A DNA stretch of 63,983 nt, filler included, from Octopus bimaculoides (Eukaryota): NCBI RefSeq assembly GCF_001194135.2. It is 4 parts of 4 records of this genome, joined end to end, with 100 filler letters (N's around TTAATTAATTAA, not from the genome) between each part and the next. Parts side by side here need not be neighbours in the genome. Positions count along the whole stretch, not along the records: positions 1 to 28,211 come from NC_068990.1; 3 more parts are not named here. One strand, given 5' to 3'. This document shows positions 13,271 to 27,157 of the stretch, in pieces. The notes beneath the pieces are model-generated. The model saw only the letters and a list, made by a program, of their open reading frames with translations, did no database searches and was not told where the DNA came from. The translations under genes and the position numbers were made by a program. Numbering within the stretch: position 1 is the stretch's first letter; the number at the start of each line of letters is the position of its first letter.

Positions 13271-13868
13271 AAAGAGTAAGAGGAAGTGCATAAAAAAATC
13301 ATTAAAATATTTTGTCAAATGTAGAAGTAAAACCAATTTATTGTACATAAACTTTAACGACAAAACCTTACGTAGAACCCCTCACTGGTCATATGGACTC
13401 CGGTTGAGAACCACTAGTCAAAACTGAGCATTCAATAGTTTGGTGAATTGCTAATTTGTTAGCGTATAGGACGAAAGGCCTTTGTGTTCTGAGTTCAAAT
13501 CCTCACAAGATCATCTTTGCTTTTCATCTTTCCTGTGTCGATAAAATGACATATCATTTCAGAGTAATGGATTCGACGAATTATTTGAGCTTCAGACAAG
13601 ATACCTTTAGGTGTTCGTACATGAGCCCGTACGTTGGTAGAAATGTTAGAGCATCAGAAATAATGCTTAGCAACAGTGTTTTGGGTGGGGTTCACTTGAT
13701 GCTTTGAATGCCACGAGGTGAACTTTTTCGTTCTTCCATTAGAAGTCGATAAAATACCAGTCAAGTTCTTGGGTCAATGTTATCGACTTACAAATCCTCA
13801 TAGAATTGTTGGACTTGTGCCAAAATTTGAGAGAATTATTATTGCTTTTGGTATCATTATTATTATTA

Positions 13869-13936
<68 letters not shown>

Positions 13937-14119
13937 CTATTTATTTATCTATTTATTTATTATATCTTTCTCCGTTTTCTTCCTCTGTTTAGACGAACTT
14001 TCCTACCTTTTCGGACAAAACCTTTTGTAACCTTCGTCCTGTCTTTGTCCTTACATGTTTTTAATTGATATTAGCCCTTGTGGCCAATAAAACGAATTTA
14101 TTATTATCATTATTATTAT

Positions 14120-14230
<111 letters not shown>

Positions 14231-14529
14231 GACGGTGAGCTGGAGAATCGTTAGCACACAAGGCAAAATGCTTAGCGGCATTTCATCCATCTTTACGTTG
14301 TGAGTTCAAATTCTGCCGAAATGGATTTTGTCTGTTATCCTTTAGGGGTCGATAAATTAAGTACCAGTGAAATACTGGGGTCGATGTAATTTCAGGCCTT
14401 CTGCCTTTTGTAGAAAGGATAATTATTATTATTACTACTAGTATTATTATTCTTTAAAATGTCACACAATATCCAATATCGCCATGTTGTTGATTGAAGA
14501 TTGTGACTAGCTAGTGTTTGAACTGTCTG

Positions 14530-15250
14530 TCAAGTCACAACATGGACCTCAAACTGACAGTACTTTATGCAATATGCGTGCAGTTCCAAGTAATGTTGAT
14601 TTTTGCAATGCACCTAGATTATAGGGTATTTCTAAAGTTTCCAGATGTTTCTTCAGCTTGGCCGGTTTTGAATCCATTGCTCCGGTGACAACATGGACAG
14701 CCTTTATATTTGCCTTTAGTAGCTGCCACATCTTGGCGACCTCAATTCTCAGGACTTCATATTTATCATGTCTTTTCTCTTTCATGATAATACGTTGATC
14801 ACCTGGCACTGTCACGTCGATTATTCAGCACTCTTGTTTGTCCTTCCTAAAGTTTACTATATCCGGCCTTCAGTGTTCTAACACTTTGTCTGTCTGGAAG
14901 TCATAGTCCCAGAGGAGTTTTACCCTCTCCTTTACGTCCATCACCTTTTCCGGTGTATGTTGGTACCAAGCACCCCTTACCTAGTATCCATACTTCCGGT
15001 ATAGTAGCCAGTGAAGTTTTTGAGCTACCTTGTCGTGTCTGCGCTTGTGCTCTTTCTGCGCTTGTGCTCTTTCTGCGCAAGATTTTCACAAGCACTAACA
15101 ATGGAAGCCACGCTTTCGACCCTCTTCCTACACATTCGAAGTTGGATTATCTCCGCTTGTATCCATTTCAGGATGGCTGCACTATAATGGACTATAGCAA
15201 CAGTCCATATATTAATGGCAGTCACAAGGTTCCTTGAGTTGAGTTTTGAT
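14530..15250 (-). mobile_element. Degraded R4/Dong-like non-LTR retrotransposon (RT thumb plus restriction-like endonuclease), internally deleted
   Basis: Minus frames give LKSKLNSRNLVTAINIWTVAIVHYSAAILKW, DFQTDKVLEH*RPDIV...IIDVTVPGD and KYEVLRIEVAKMW...LQKSTLLGTARILHKVL, a PD-(D/E)xK RLE C-terminus; ends in (TAA)n. Confidence 0.85.
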
Positions 15251-15620
15251 TTCAAGAGAATTTTGAATCGTTGTGAGTTCAAATTCATTGAGGTCGAGCT
15301 TGACGAAGTACATAACAACGAGTTGAGTACTGGGGTCGATGTAATCGACTATTCCTTCCCCAAAAATTTCGGGCCTTGTGCAGATAATAGTAAGAATTAT
15401 TACTAAGGTGGCGAGCTGGAAGCATCATTGGTACACCGGAAAAAATGCTTAGCATCATTTCCTCCGGCTTTACAGTCTGAGTCCAATTTTCGGCGAGATC
15501 AATTATGCCTTTCATCCCTTCAGTTTCGATGAAATAAGTACCAGCCAAGCACTGAGATCGATGTAATGGACTAGCTCCTTCCACCTAAATGTCAGGTCTT
15601 GTGCTTTTAATAGGAAGGTC

Positions 15621-15718
15621 TCTTCGTCTTCTTCTTCTTCGTCTTCTTCTTCTTCTTCTTCTTCTTCTTCTTCTTCTTCTTCTTCTTCTTCTTCTTCTTC
15701 TTCTTCTTCTTCTTCTGC

Positions 15719-15780
<62 letters not shown>

Positions 15781-15802
15781 GTTGCTGTTGTTGTTGTTGT
15801 TG

Positions 15803-15844
<42 letters not shown>

Positions 15845-15897
15845 GTAGTAGTAGTAGTAGTAGTAGTAGTAGCAGCAGCAGCAGCAGCAGTAGTAGT
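15621..15897. repeat. Compound trinucleotide microsatellite (CTT)-(ATT)-(GTT)-(ATT)-(AGT)-(AGC)
   Basis: Direct reading. Confidence 0.95.
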
Positions 15898-17511
15898 AAA
15901 AGGAGGTGGAGGAGGAATAGCTTCGTTTTCGAAATTTATTATGGTAGTATTTGTTGTGATGGCGTCGTAGTAGCTTCATGGCGTTGTCAATGTTGCTGTG
16001 GCTGGTGGTGGTAGTTGTGGTTATAATAATGATGATAGAACCATTATTTAGACTGATGAAGGTGGTATTTTGGATGATTTGTGAGGGTTATATTTACGTT
16101 AGAGGCAAGACAGTGGCGGTGGTTGCGCTCTGGGGTATGGTAACGGCTGGGGTTCTGGTATAAAAAATATGTTGTTTATGGAAGTTTAGATGGGGATCGG
16201 TGAATCCGAAACCCGAAGGCCGGGACCAATTCTAGATGGATGGAAGGGCAAAGGGTTATGAGAGAAAAAAAATTAAAATATAAATAAAGAATATGCATAA
16301 TGAAAAAAGAGAATGAAAGTGTGCAGTGAAGCATAAAAATGTGATCTATTGTTGAGGACATGTTCGATATTTAGTTGTTGTAGGGTTGTGAAGAAATATG
16401 ACCCATCATTCCCTTGTAGACGTAAAACACTGGGGGATAGAGGAACAATAAAATCAAATATAAAATATAATAGACCATGATAATTTTGTTTCATAATAAA
16501 CATGAAAGAGAAGATAATGAGTTGATAGAAAATAGCAAGTTGATGTGTTCATTGTTTGAATAAATGTCTTTACTTCTGCTTAATATGAGCCAAGAAGGAA
16601 GACTTAAGTTGGCCATTTCATCTGCAAGAAATAGTTAAATTTTCCTCTGTTCACACCTACTATCGTAAAAACAGATGCAGGGTTATTTGCTCCTAGCCAT
16701 GAAATAAGAGATGGTCACAACTAGAACACTTGTTATATCCGAGCGAATATAGGATTAAACAGCAACAAAAATAGCCTCTAATAAACAAAGATCACTACAT
16801 CAATTGGTTCATAACAGTTTTAAGCACATACAAGAGGGGAACCATAGGCTATTGTAATATTTTAACAGTCTTTAAAAATTTCTGGATTTCAAATTCCTCG
16901 CATTTGTCGTTGATTTGGAACCAATAGGCAATATTAAAGTATAATCTATGGTGTCAAGCTGGCAGAATCGTTTGTATATAGTATACGAATACTTTATCTG
17001 TTACTATTAGGGCAACTGAATTATATAGCTAACTGGCTTGAGAAGATGGACTTCACAAAACCAGAAAGGACTTAGGACTTGATTAATTAGAAAATTGCAG
17101 ATACAAGACTTTAATGGTACTGACAAAATATGCAACATATTCCAAAAGTTTACAGTGCAATAAGTGTATATACTAAGGTGTAGACATGAAGTCAAGTACA
17201 TGTATGCATGCAATAGGTAAAAAAATATAACTACACACATTCACTGACATCCATGACTACATACATGTGCGCATATATACATACACGCATACATACTTAT
17301 ATACATAGCCATATACATAGACGCATATTTGAATACACACACATATAGGTATGAATGTATATATATATATATATATAAACACAGGGTGCGGTGAATAAAT
17401 TGGCGTCTAAATTACATCTCATTTTAACAGATATATTTATCAAAATTACATGAAAGTATCTTGAAATACTAAAAAGTAAATTTATTCAATAAAAACGCCA
17501 TATATGTGTGC

Positions 17512-17552
<41 letters not shown>

Positions 17553-18116
17553 TGTGTGTGTGTGTGTCTGTGTTTGTCCCCCAACATCGCTTGACAACAG
17601 ATGCTGGTGTGTTTACGTCCCCGTAACTTAGTAGTTCGACAAAAAAGACCGATANNNNNNNNNNNNNNNNNNNNNNNNNNNNNNNNNNNNNNNNNNNNNN
17701 NNNNNNNNNNNNNNNNNNNNNNNNNNNNNNNNNNNNNNNNNNNNNNNNNNNNNNNNNNNNNNNNNNNNNNNNNNNNNNNNNNNNNNNNNNNNNNNNNNNN
17801 NNNNNNNNNNNNNNNNNNNNNNNNNNNNNNNNNNNNNNNNNNNNNNNNNNNNNNNNNNNNNNNNNNNNNNNNNNNNNNNNNNNNNNNNNNNNNNNNNNNN
17901 NNNNNNNNNNNNNNNNNNNNNNNNNNNNNNNNNNNNNNNNNNNNNNNNNNNNNNNNNNNNNNNNNNNNNNNNNNNNNNNNNNNNNNNNNNNNNNNNNNNN
18001 NNNNNNNNNNNNNNNNNNNNNNNNNNNNNNNNNNNNNNNNNNNNNNNNNNNNNNNNNNNNNNNNNNNNNNNNNNNNNNNNNNNNNNNNNNNNNNNNNNNN
18101 NNNNNNNNNNNNNNNN

Positions 18117-18147
<31 letters not shown>

Positions 18148-19062
18148 TACATTCTTGTATACGTAAGTACACACGCATAACAGATTCATATGTACATACG
18201 TATGCACACGAACGTTTGGAAGGTTTGGAATTTTCATGGCAGTTCAAAAATATTTGCTTGTATTGAATTTTAGCATTCACGGAATAGAACAAAAAAGAAA
18301 TATGAAAGCAAAATAAAAAAGAACAGCAGTGCGTGCCTGATATAATTCTTCTTAGATGAACTCCTGCGTACATACATATGTGCACACACTCTTGTTCACA
18401 CTAGCAGGAGCTAAACACATAAACATATGTAATAATACTACAAGTTTGAATTATACAAATGCAAACACAGGCCTAAACATACACAGGTATACTGCACAAT
18501 TCCATACACTCGCATACACACAGAGAATAACATTATAGAATCATGCACGCATCATGAATTACACTGAAAATCATACGCATGAACTAACTCACACACATAT
18601 ACCCATATACGCATTTACACTACACACACATTAATAGAGATCGACACAAGTACACACGCATAGATTTCGAACAAACAGTTATATACTCAAATGTATACAC
18701 ACATACAGACAATCACTTTATCCTCACCCCCACACTCGCATATTTACTAACATGCTTCCGTCTCTACTTTTAGGTTACCATTTCTCTCGTATACACACAT
18801 ACACATACATGGACACCACACACACACACACACACAGATGCATACACTCACATATTCGTACGCACATAACATGCACATCAGCAAAATGATATGCAAGCAC
18901 GCAAAATCATACGCATACACATGCATACACACTATCGCACTCCTTTACACGTCTCCTAAGCGCCCATTAGACGGATCGCCCGTACATGTATGCATACGAT
19001 CACACACATGCATACAGAAACATAAAAACACATACACACCACAATAGTTTTATTACAATTTC

Positions 19063-19100
<38 letters not shown>

Positions 19101-19439
19101 AACAAAACAATGACACCAATATAATTAGAGTCCATTAATAAAGCCCTAGTCTAGAGGAAGCCCTATGCTAGGCGCATGGGTCAGCCTTTGGCCCCAAGAG
19201 ACAATCCTCACCACCCACTAGCGTAAATCAAACTTAAACTATTTTGTTATTACTGTGGGGAGTTTTTAAAAATTAATTCTGTCGTATGAAATAAGAGTCA
19301 CGTGGGAGACACATGGGAGGAAGAGTTTGATGTGGATGATGTTAATAATGATGATGGATGATGATAATGAGGCGGAGGAGGATTTAGCACAGAAATTGGA
19401 GAAAAAGGAGGTGGAGGTGAATTGGATGGCAGTGGTTGA

Positions 19440-19440
19440 A

Positions 19441-19494
<54 letters not shown>

Positions 19495-19656
19495 GCATGA
19501 TATGATGAGATTAATTTTCCTGGTACTAATTGTGATGAAGATGATGGTTGCAGTGATGATATTTGTGATAGTGCTATTGCTAATAATAAACATAGCTGTT
19601 AAGACCACAGTTGAAATAATGATGATGACGATAATAATAATAATAATAATAATAAC

Positions 19657-19712
<56 letters not shown>

Positions 19713-19759
19713 TAATAATAATGATAATAATAATGATAATAATAATGATAATAATAATG

Positions 19760-19796
<37 letters not shown>

Positions 19797-19839
19797 TAAT
19801 AATAATGATAATAATAATAATAACAATAACAACAACAAC

Positions 19840-19889
<50 letters not shown>

Positions 19890-19890
19890 T
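19440..19890. repeat. (GAT)n and long (AAT/GAT/AAC)n microsatellite
   Basis: Direct reading; (AAT)n also at 10367-10439, 11020-11112, 13855-13935 and 14100-14230. Confidence 0.95.
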
Positions 19891-20094
19891 AAATTTAATA
19901 ATAAATTCAAATTACTATAAACGTAAACAAACAAACGAAGTTTGCTTTTAGAAGCGTTGAGATGTCTTAGAAAGTTAAAGAAGTGATTTTTAAATTCTTG
20001 AACGCAAGATAATGCTAATAATATAGCCTGAACAGGATAAACTACCCCTATTTTGCAGAAAAAAAAGTGTAGGTGGTTAGCTGTGGGACTCGAA

Positions 20095-20700
20095 CTCACA
20101 TCTCCGTGAACGAAACAATCTCACCATATTGTGAGTGAGTGTAGCAAACTGGCCCACAAACGCTACAAAACGAGGCATAATAACGTAGCTAAGTTTGTTC
20201 ACTAGAGGTTGTGCGAGAAGTACGGTCTTGAAAGAACGCAGAAATGGAAAGAACATAAACCAGAAAGAATCATCGAGAATAATGAGTATAACATCGGATG
20301 GGATTTTACAAACCATTGTGACTCAGTGATTGATGGTCGGGGATCAGACAGACATTGTTGTAGTGGATAAAAGAAAGAAGGAAACCAAGATCATAGATAT
20401 TGCTTTACCTGGGAATGCCCGGGTGTGTGATGAAGAGCTGAAAAATGATCGAAAAGTACAAGCCACAAAATGATGAAATGATGCACGAATGTGGCCAATA
20501 AAGAACTTGTCATCGCAGTAGATGTAGGGAATATTGGGAGCATTAACAACAAAGTTTCAGGTATTTGTAGGAGAAATTGGGATTGACATGAGGGTAGAAC
20601 GTGCTTAGACAAACTACTTTATTGGGGACAGCGAGGAGTTTGAGGCTGGTACTTGGATGATCAGCATCGTGGGAGAAGACCTTGTGAGACCATTGACAAC
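20095..20700 (+). mobile_element. Degraded R4/Dong-like LINE 3' end (zinc knuckle plus RLE)
   Basis: Frameshifted translation HIVSECSKLAHKRYKTRHNNVAKFVH...CEKYGL...PERIIEN...WDF...DIVVVDKRKKETKIIDIALPG...LLGTARSLRLVLG. Confidence 0.85.
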
Positions 20701-21074
20701 AAGTCGCTGTCCGCTCCTACAGAATTAACCAGGGCAAGTAAAATCGAGAGCTCTGAGAGTAAAATAACAACAACAACAACACCAATAATGATAATAATAA
20801 TAATGATGAGGATGATTTCTTTTATTGGTTTCAAATCTTGCCACAGTTTTGGTTGAGAGATGAGTCAATTACATCGATCCCAGTGTTCAACTGGTGCTTA
20901 TTTTATCGATCTCGAAAGGATGAAAGGCAAAGTCGACTTCGGCAGAATTTGAACTCAGAACATAGCGGCGGGCGAAATACCACTAAGTATTTCGTCTAGC
21001 GCGCTAACGATTCTGCCACTTTCGCTGCATCAGTGGTGATAATTTCTCAAAAAGAAGAGAGAAGGATTAATCCT

Positions 21075-21700
21075 AGTTGCTCAGGATAAAATCTTCGGGT
21101 CAAATAGCACAAAATGTCGGACATGAGCCAATGTATCACCATTAAACAGTTTGTGCGACGAACGAGAAGAAACACTAACCCTCATAATAGTAAGTGAATG
21201 TTCCAAACTCGCACAGAAACAGTAGTTATCCTGGAGATATTATAATGTTGCAAAGATCATCCACTGGGAAATGTGCAAGAAGTATGGACTTCCATCAGGA
21301 TAAAAGTAGTCTGAACAAGCACTTGAAAAAGTGACTGAGAATTATGAGATTAAGCTTCTTGGGACTTGCCTACCCAAACGTATCATGTCTTAGAGCATAA
21401 CAGACCAGATTTCTTGGTGAGTGAGAAGGAGCGGTCTCGCTACACAATTGATGTGACCTGTCTATTTGATACCAAAATAATAGAAAAAAAATCAACAAGG
21501 ACTTGAAGAGAGAGATAGGGAGACTGTGAGGTTACAGAGAACGTGAGGGCACCCCAATTGTCATTGGAGCCTTAGGAACGACGGGAAAGATGCTTAAGGT
21601 GGACAGAAAAGATTGACTTGTAGAAGCAGATATAATACATGCAACTGGTCAGATTGTTAAGCACAGCGAAGATCATTCGAAAGTTCTTAGATGGCTGAGG
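21075..21700 (+). mobile_element. Second degraded R4/Dong-like LINE 3' end
   Basis: LCDEREET...VSECSKLAQKQ...VAKIIHWEMCKKYGL...LEHNRPDFLV...IDVTC...PIVIGALGT...STAKIIRKFL with stops and frameshifts. Confidence 0.85.
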
Positions 21701-22906
21701 TCACATGACTTGTTATCCAAGAATAACCCAAATTTTGAAATAGGTAAATAAAAAAGAATCCTTTGTGTTATAGACACAATGTCTGAAATTTTGAGGGAAG
21801 GAGCCAGTCGATTAGATCAACTCCAGTACGCGACTGGTACTTATTTCATTGACGCCGTGGAATTCGAACTTAGAACGTACAGCTGGACGAAATGCCGCTG
21901 AACATTTGTCTAATTCTGTTAGCTCGCCACTTTGAAATGGTTTCTGTTTTAGGCACAGAGTTTGTAATTTTTAGGAGAGAGTGGAATAGTCGACAACATT
22001 GACTCCGGAGAAATGAATGGTAAAAGTCATGATAGTAACGAAGGTGACGATTATGATGTCGTTAATGAAAATTTGTGGTGCTGAAGTGTATCCAGAGATG
22101 ATGTATACGTTGTTGCTGCAACTATTGTTGTAATAACACTCACAGTTCAATTTTCATTTCACAATAGTTCTAAGGCAAAACTCCAAATTATGCTCAAATG
22201 CATTCCAGCCGTGATCATCCCTTCTTTTATTTAATTATAGCATAACTGTTCACGATTACATTAGCCAATGTATTTTTTATTTATTAAAACATTAGGGTGT
22301 AATTTAAGATATACTTAGCTGACATTTCTATCTGGTCGAATGACTCATTGGAGGCTGCTACATTAGATCGAATATTCATAGTTAGGCCGTGAAGTGATAC
22401 TAAGGGAATATACCACAAATCTCTACAGATGAAATGAATCCTCATCAGAGCTCGTTGAACTCCAGTTAGCACTCGTGATGCCAGGAAGTAATGGCGAGCT
22501 AGTGTGCATACAGAAAATGTGTTTTATCTAGCATAAACTAATTTGCATGTTGATGTTAGTTTGACAACCGTTAACAAAATATTCATGTACCAACACCTAC
22601 AAACTTTTTTTTAGTTCTGCTGTGTTTGTCATTTCACAGCATTACGAAATACATAATAAACAAGTTATAAATTCATTATCAACATTACCATTAAAATTCT
22701 TAATAGTCCAACCGTCTAACGTGTTTTTTTTAATACTGGAATATATATGCATATGTGCGTGTGCGTGTGTGTGTATGTATGTGTGTGTGTGTGCGCGTGC
22801 GTGTTTAAGTCATCGAGTTAAAAGGCTGGAATATTGGTAATTTTAATGATAAGGCTGTCAACGACTCTTATGCAAACTGATACAGATGCACAGACATGCA
22901 TTCGCA

Positions 22907-22948
<42 letters not shown>

Positions 22949-23282
22949 TGCACACATATATTGATGCATGTCTGGCAGATTTGTTAGCAATGTGGCCGAA
23001 ATTACTAGTTTGTGCCAAAATTTGAAATTTATATTCACATACATCTTTAATTATTATCATTATTATTATCAGGCTTAGAAAAGAAAATCTACTGGGGTCG
23101 ATTCATTTGCCTAAAAATTCTTCAAGACGGTGCTTCACAGTCTAATGACTGGTACTTATTTTATCGATCACTATTAGCGAGCCTGCTAGGTAACCGTGAG
23201 GTAAACACACCAACACTGGTTGTCAAGCGGTAGTGAGGGACAAACACAGATACAATGACACCAACACACACACATACACACG

Positions 23283-23349
<67 letters not shown>

Positions 23350-25348
23350 GATGGGATTCTTTCAGTTTCCATCTATCAAACCCACTCACAAGGCTTTGGT
23401 GGGCCCGAGGCTATAGTAGATGACACTTGTCCAAAGTACCATAAGAAGCTTGGGTGGAAAGCAAGCGTCTTACCATACAGCCAGGCCTGCGCCTATAAGC
23501 CTATACGTACATTTATTCTTTCGCAAATTCTTTTCTTAATTTAGAGTGATTTTAACAAAGAAGAAATAACCTCTGCCATACAACCTGACTCTATTATTTG
23601 TAATGCCACAAGTAGCTTTGGATTAACAAAAAAACGAGATATTACCAACCGAGAATAAACACTCAAAGAGGAAGACTAATACCCCTACTCCCATATATAC
23701 CCATTGATTAGCTCTGCCAGGGCTTATATCAGACCGTGGCAAAGCTAGGCTAGACGCTTAAAATAGCTGAAATCCAACTGCGAACGAGAAAGCTCAATAT
23801 CACATAAGGTATTATTAATGGATTTTAGGTCAAAGGAGGGAGATATATATAATGTCGAATGTTATATTTGTTCGGCAGCTTCTGGGTAATATATTAACCA
23901 CTAAGTGTCATTGGGAACACTTGAAGCATACCCGCATGTTGGCTGGAAAGGAAAGATAGAGAGCTCCTTAGTAATACCTTATAGCTGAACAGCTTCACTT
24001 TAGTGAAGCCGTAGAAACGGTGTCTGCTCATCAGAATAGATATACTTAACCATGGTTGCCTTTAAGATTGAAAGCGGCGTTAACAAAGCTAAGTAGAGTA
24101 GTTTGGCTAGCAACTGCTACATTTCGCAGTGATGAGGATTGCTTTGTAATTCAAAAGACAAAGCTATCAAATGTCTAATGCCCGAAAGGGATAAGCTTAT
24201 TGGTAATGCACCATTATGTAAAATTTAATATCGGCTATGTGTAATTAGCATAGAAAATGTTTAACCCACATAGTTGCCATTGTTTGAAATGGTATCTATT
24301 TCCTTCATGTCAGGCACTATATCATAACATAAGCACTGTAGCGCGTACGTCTTGAAAAGTATAGCTCAGAAGGTCGAACGCTAAGTAGTTACAATGATGT
24401 AGAATCTAGAGTCACTAAGGTGTACTGATGATATGTACAATCAAATGCATCGGTAAAGTACAAATGCACCATGTAAAACATAATTGCCTGAAATTGTAAA
24501 TTATAAGCATTACAATGATGAAGATTTTAGATACGCAACAAACAGCTAAATTACACAACAGAAATTAAATGCAGCTGTTGGCAACTAATAATATTAGGAA
24601 CATAACACTTGTATAATCAAACTTCAAGTATGTTTATATTTGTGTCAAAGAGGCTTTCGTCTATGAGACAAAAAATTCTAAACGTTATTTAGGCAGATTA
24701 AAAGGGATTGTAAATCGCAGATTGCACATATTAATGTCCAAAAGATATATCAGAATCTTACTCTTGTTTTGATTGTTAACCACCTCCGAAGAGGAAGCTG
24801 ATACATGATGACAATTTCAGAATTTTAAATTTAATCAAAAAGATGTTTTGAAGGTCAAGCATACATAAAGATATCCATGCATTCATGCATACATTAATGT
24901 TTGTAGGCTTGTATTCGTTTTCAGTCAAAATGTATTTGACAATTTACATATCTACCGTAATTTCCGCATCCAATTTCTCACACAATGATATACATCGAAA
25001 ATATGTAGGTCGATTGATACACCAAAACGACGTTGGAGGACCAAAAATTGCATGTGAAATGCAGCAAGATTTGGAAATATAGTGAGGATGCTTGAATATT
25101 TACTCTACGTATGTATACTATGTCGACTTATATACCGGAAAACACAGTATCTATCTAGTTATCTGTATATCGTTCTATTTATCTATATATTTACATATCT
25201 TGTTCGAATATAATCGCATATATATATACACTAAAAAAATGGCATTCACACGTGTATTGACAGATATGTAGGTATACATCCAGTAGTATATTGGATATTT
25301 ATTATCCCTTAGATAGTTGCTTAACCTCTAACTCATATAGACATATAT

Positions 25349-25381
<33 letters not shown>

Positions 25382-26280
25382 CATATGTATATACATATAT
25401 ATATGCATATATATATTTATATATATGTGCATGTGTGCATGCACGCGAATGCATGTCTGTGCGTGTGTATGTGTGTGTGTGCGTATGTGTGTATGCGTGC
25501 ATTTATGTCTCTACGTGTGTGCTTATGTGTGTGTGTGTGTGTGTGTATGTGAGTGCCTGCGCGCGCACTTATTTATTACTGATGCACCATCTACAAAACG
25601 CCCGAATTCGCAAAGAAAAGCCAAGCTGATCCGGAGAACTGGATACATTTAACAGTCTACTTTTTCCTCAATTATCAAAACTGACTTCGCTCAGACGAAT
25701 TACTTGCTTTGACTAGTTTCCTTTGCTCCAAATTACTGAGCCATTATCACCATCACCATCACCACCACAACCACCACCATCACTATCACCATCATCATTA
25801 CCACCACCATCACCAGTACTATCACGACCATCACCATCATTATCATTACACCCCCCCCCACTATCACACCACCAAATCACCACCACCACCACCGTCACCA
25901 CTTGGTCCCATATTTTGACCTTTGAATAATATTCTTCATTACTTATTCGTTATTGTTATTGTCTTTACAAAAATACGTAGTTTACCTTGCTGTTGTTTTC
26001 GTTTTGTTATTGTTTTGATATATTTGCTACCTTTCCCATAATTCTTCATTTTCGATAACGTACCACCATCACCACTCCAGCATTTCATCTTCTCCGTCGC
26101 TTTACTCCGTCTTCTTTCTAGCTTTCTTTTTGCTTTTTTTCTTTCATAATTTTCATTTCTTCATGACTCTGAACATCATTCTCACCTAAATTTCTTTCTG
26201 AACATCTAGTTTTCTTTTGTTCTCTTTTCTGTCTCGTTCTTTTGGACTGCAAGCATATCATGCAACAGGATAAACTAAAG

Positions 26281-26598
26281 AGTTGTTGTTGTTGGCCCTC
26301 CGTCGCTTACGACGACGAGGGTCCCAGTTGATCCGATCAGCAGAACAGCCTGCTCGTGAAATTAACGTGCAAGTGGCTGAGCACTCCACAGACACGTGTA
26401 CCCTTAACGTAGTTCTCGGAGATATTCAGCGTGACACAATGTGACAAGGCTGACCCTTTGAATTACAGGCACAACAGAAACAAGAAGTAAAAGTGAGAGA
26501 AAGTTGTGGTGAAAGAGTACAGCAGGGTTCGCCACCTTCCCCTGCCGGAGCCTCGTGGAGCTTTAAGTGTTTTTCGCTCAATAAACACTCACAACGCC
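26281..26598 (-). mobile_element. Same SINE family, truncated by a gap
   Basis: Near-identical to 7057-7370. Confidence 0.9.
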
Positions 26599-26906
26599 NN
26601 NNNNNNNNNNNNNNNNNNNNNNNNNNNNNNNNNNNNNNNNNNNNNNNNNNNNNNNNNNNNNNNNNNNNNNNNNNNNNNNNNNNNNNNNNNNNNNNNNNNN
26701 NNNNNNNNNNNNNNNNNNNNNNNNNNNNNNNNNNNNNNNNNNNNNNNNNNNNNNNNNNNNNNNNNNNNNNNNNNTAGGAGGATAAAACACAGAAGAGGAA
26801 AGAGATCAATTGTTCATATTCTCTCCGCTACTGTGATATTCTTCTTGTCACATTCATACCAGAATTTCATCAGATATACTTTTTCGTACTTTGACTACCT
26901 CTCAGC

Positions 26907-27157
26907 GTGGAGGAGCGTGGCTTAGTGGTTAGGGTGTCAGCATCACGATCGTAAGATTGTGGTTTCGATTCCTGGACCGGGCGACGCGTTGTGTTCTTGA
27001 GCAAAACACTTCATTTCTCGTTGCTCCAGTCCACTCAGCTGGCAAAAATATGTAACGCTGCGATGGACTGGCGTCCCGTCCAGCTGGGGAACACATACGC
27101 CATTGAAATCGGGAAACCGGGCCCATGAGCCTAGCTAGGCTTTAAAAGGGCGCATTT
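26907..27157 (+). mobile_element. tRNA-headed SINE, second family (GTTGTGTTCTTGAGCAA...GCTCCAGTCCACTCAGCTG body)
   Basis: A/B boxes; 11-bp TSD ACTACCTCTCA at 26894-26904 and 27169-27179. Related copies at about 37905-38005, 38436-38554 plus 38938-38985, 49198-49500 and 50531-50868. Confidence 0.85.

Noticed and set aside
24120-24900. Several RTGATGA C-box motifs suggesting a C/D snoRNA cluster
   Set aside because: No CTGA D-box at a suitable distance and no terminal stems; TGATGA is very common in this genome.
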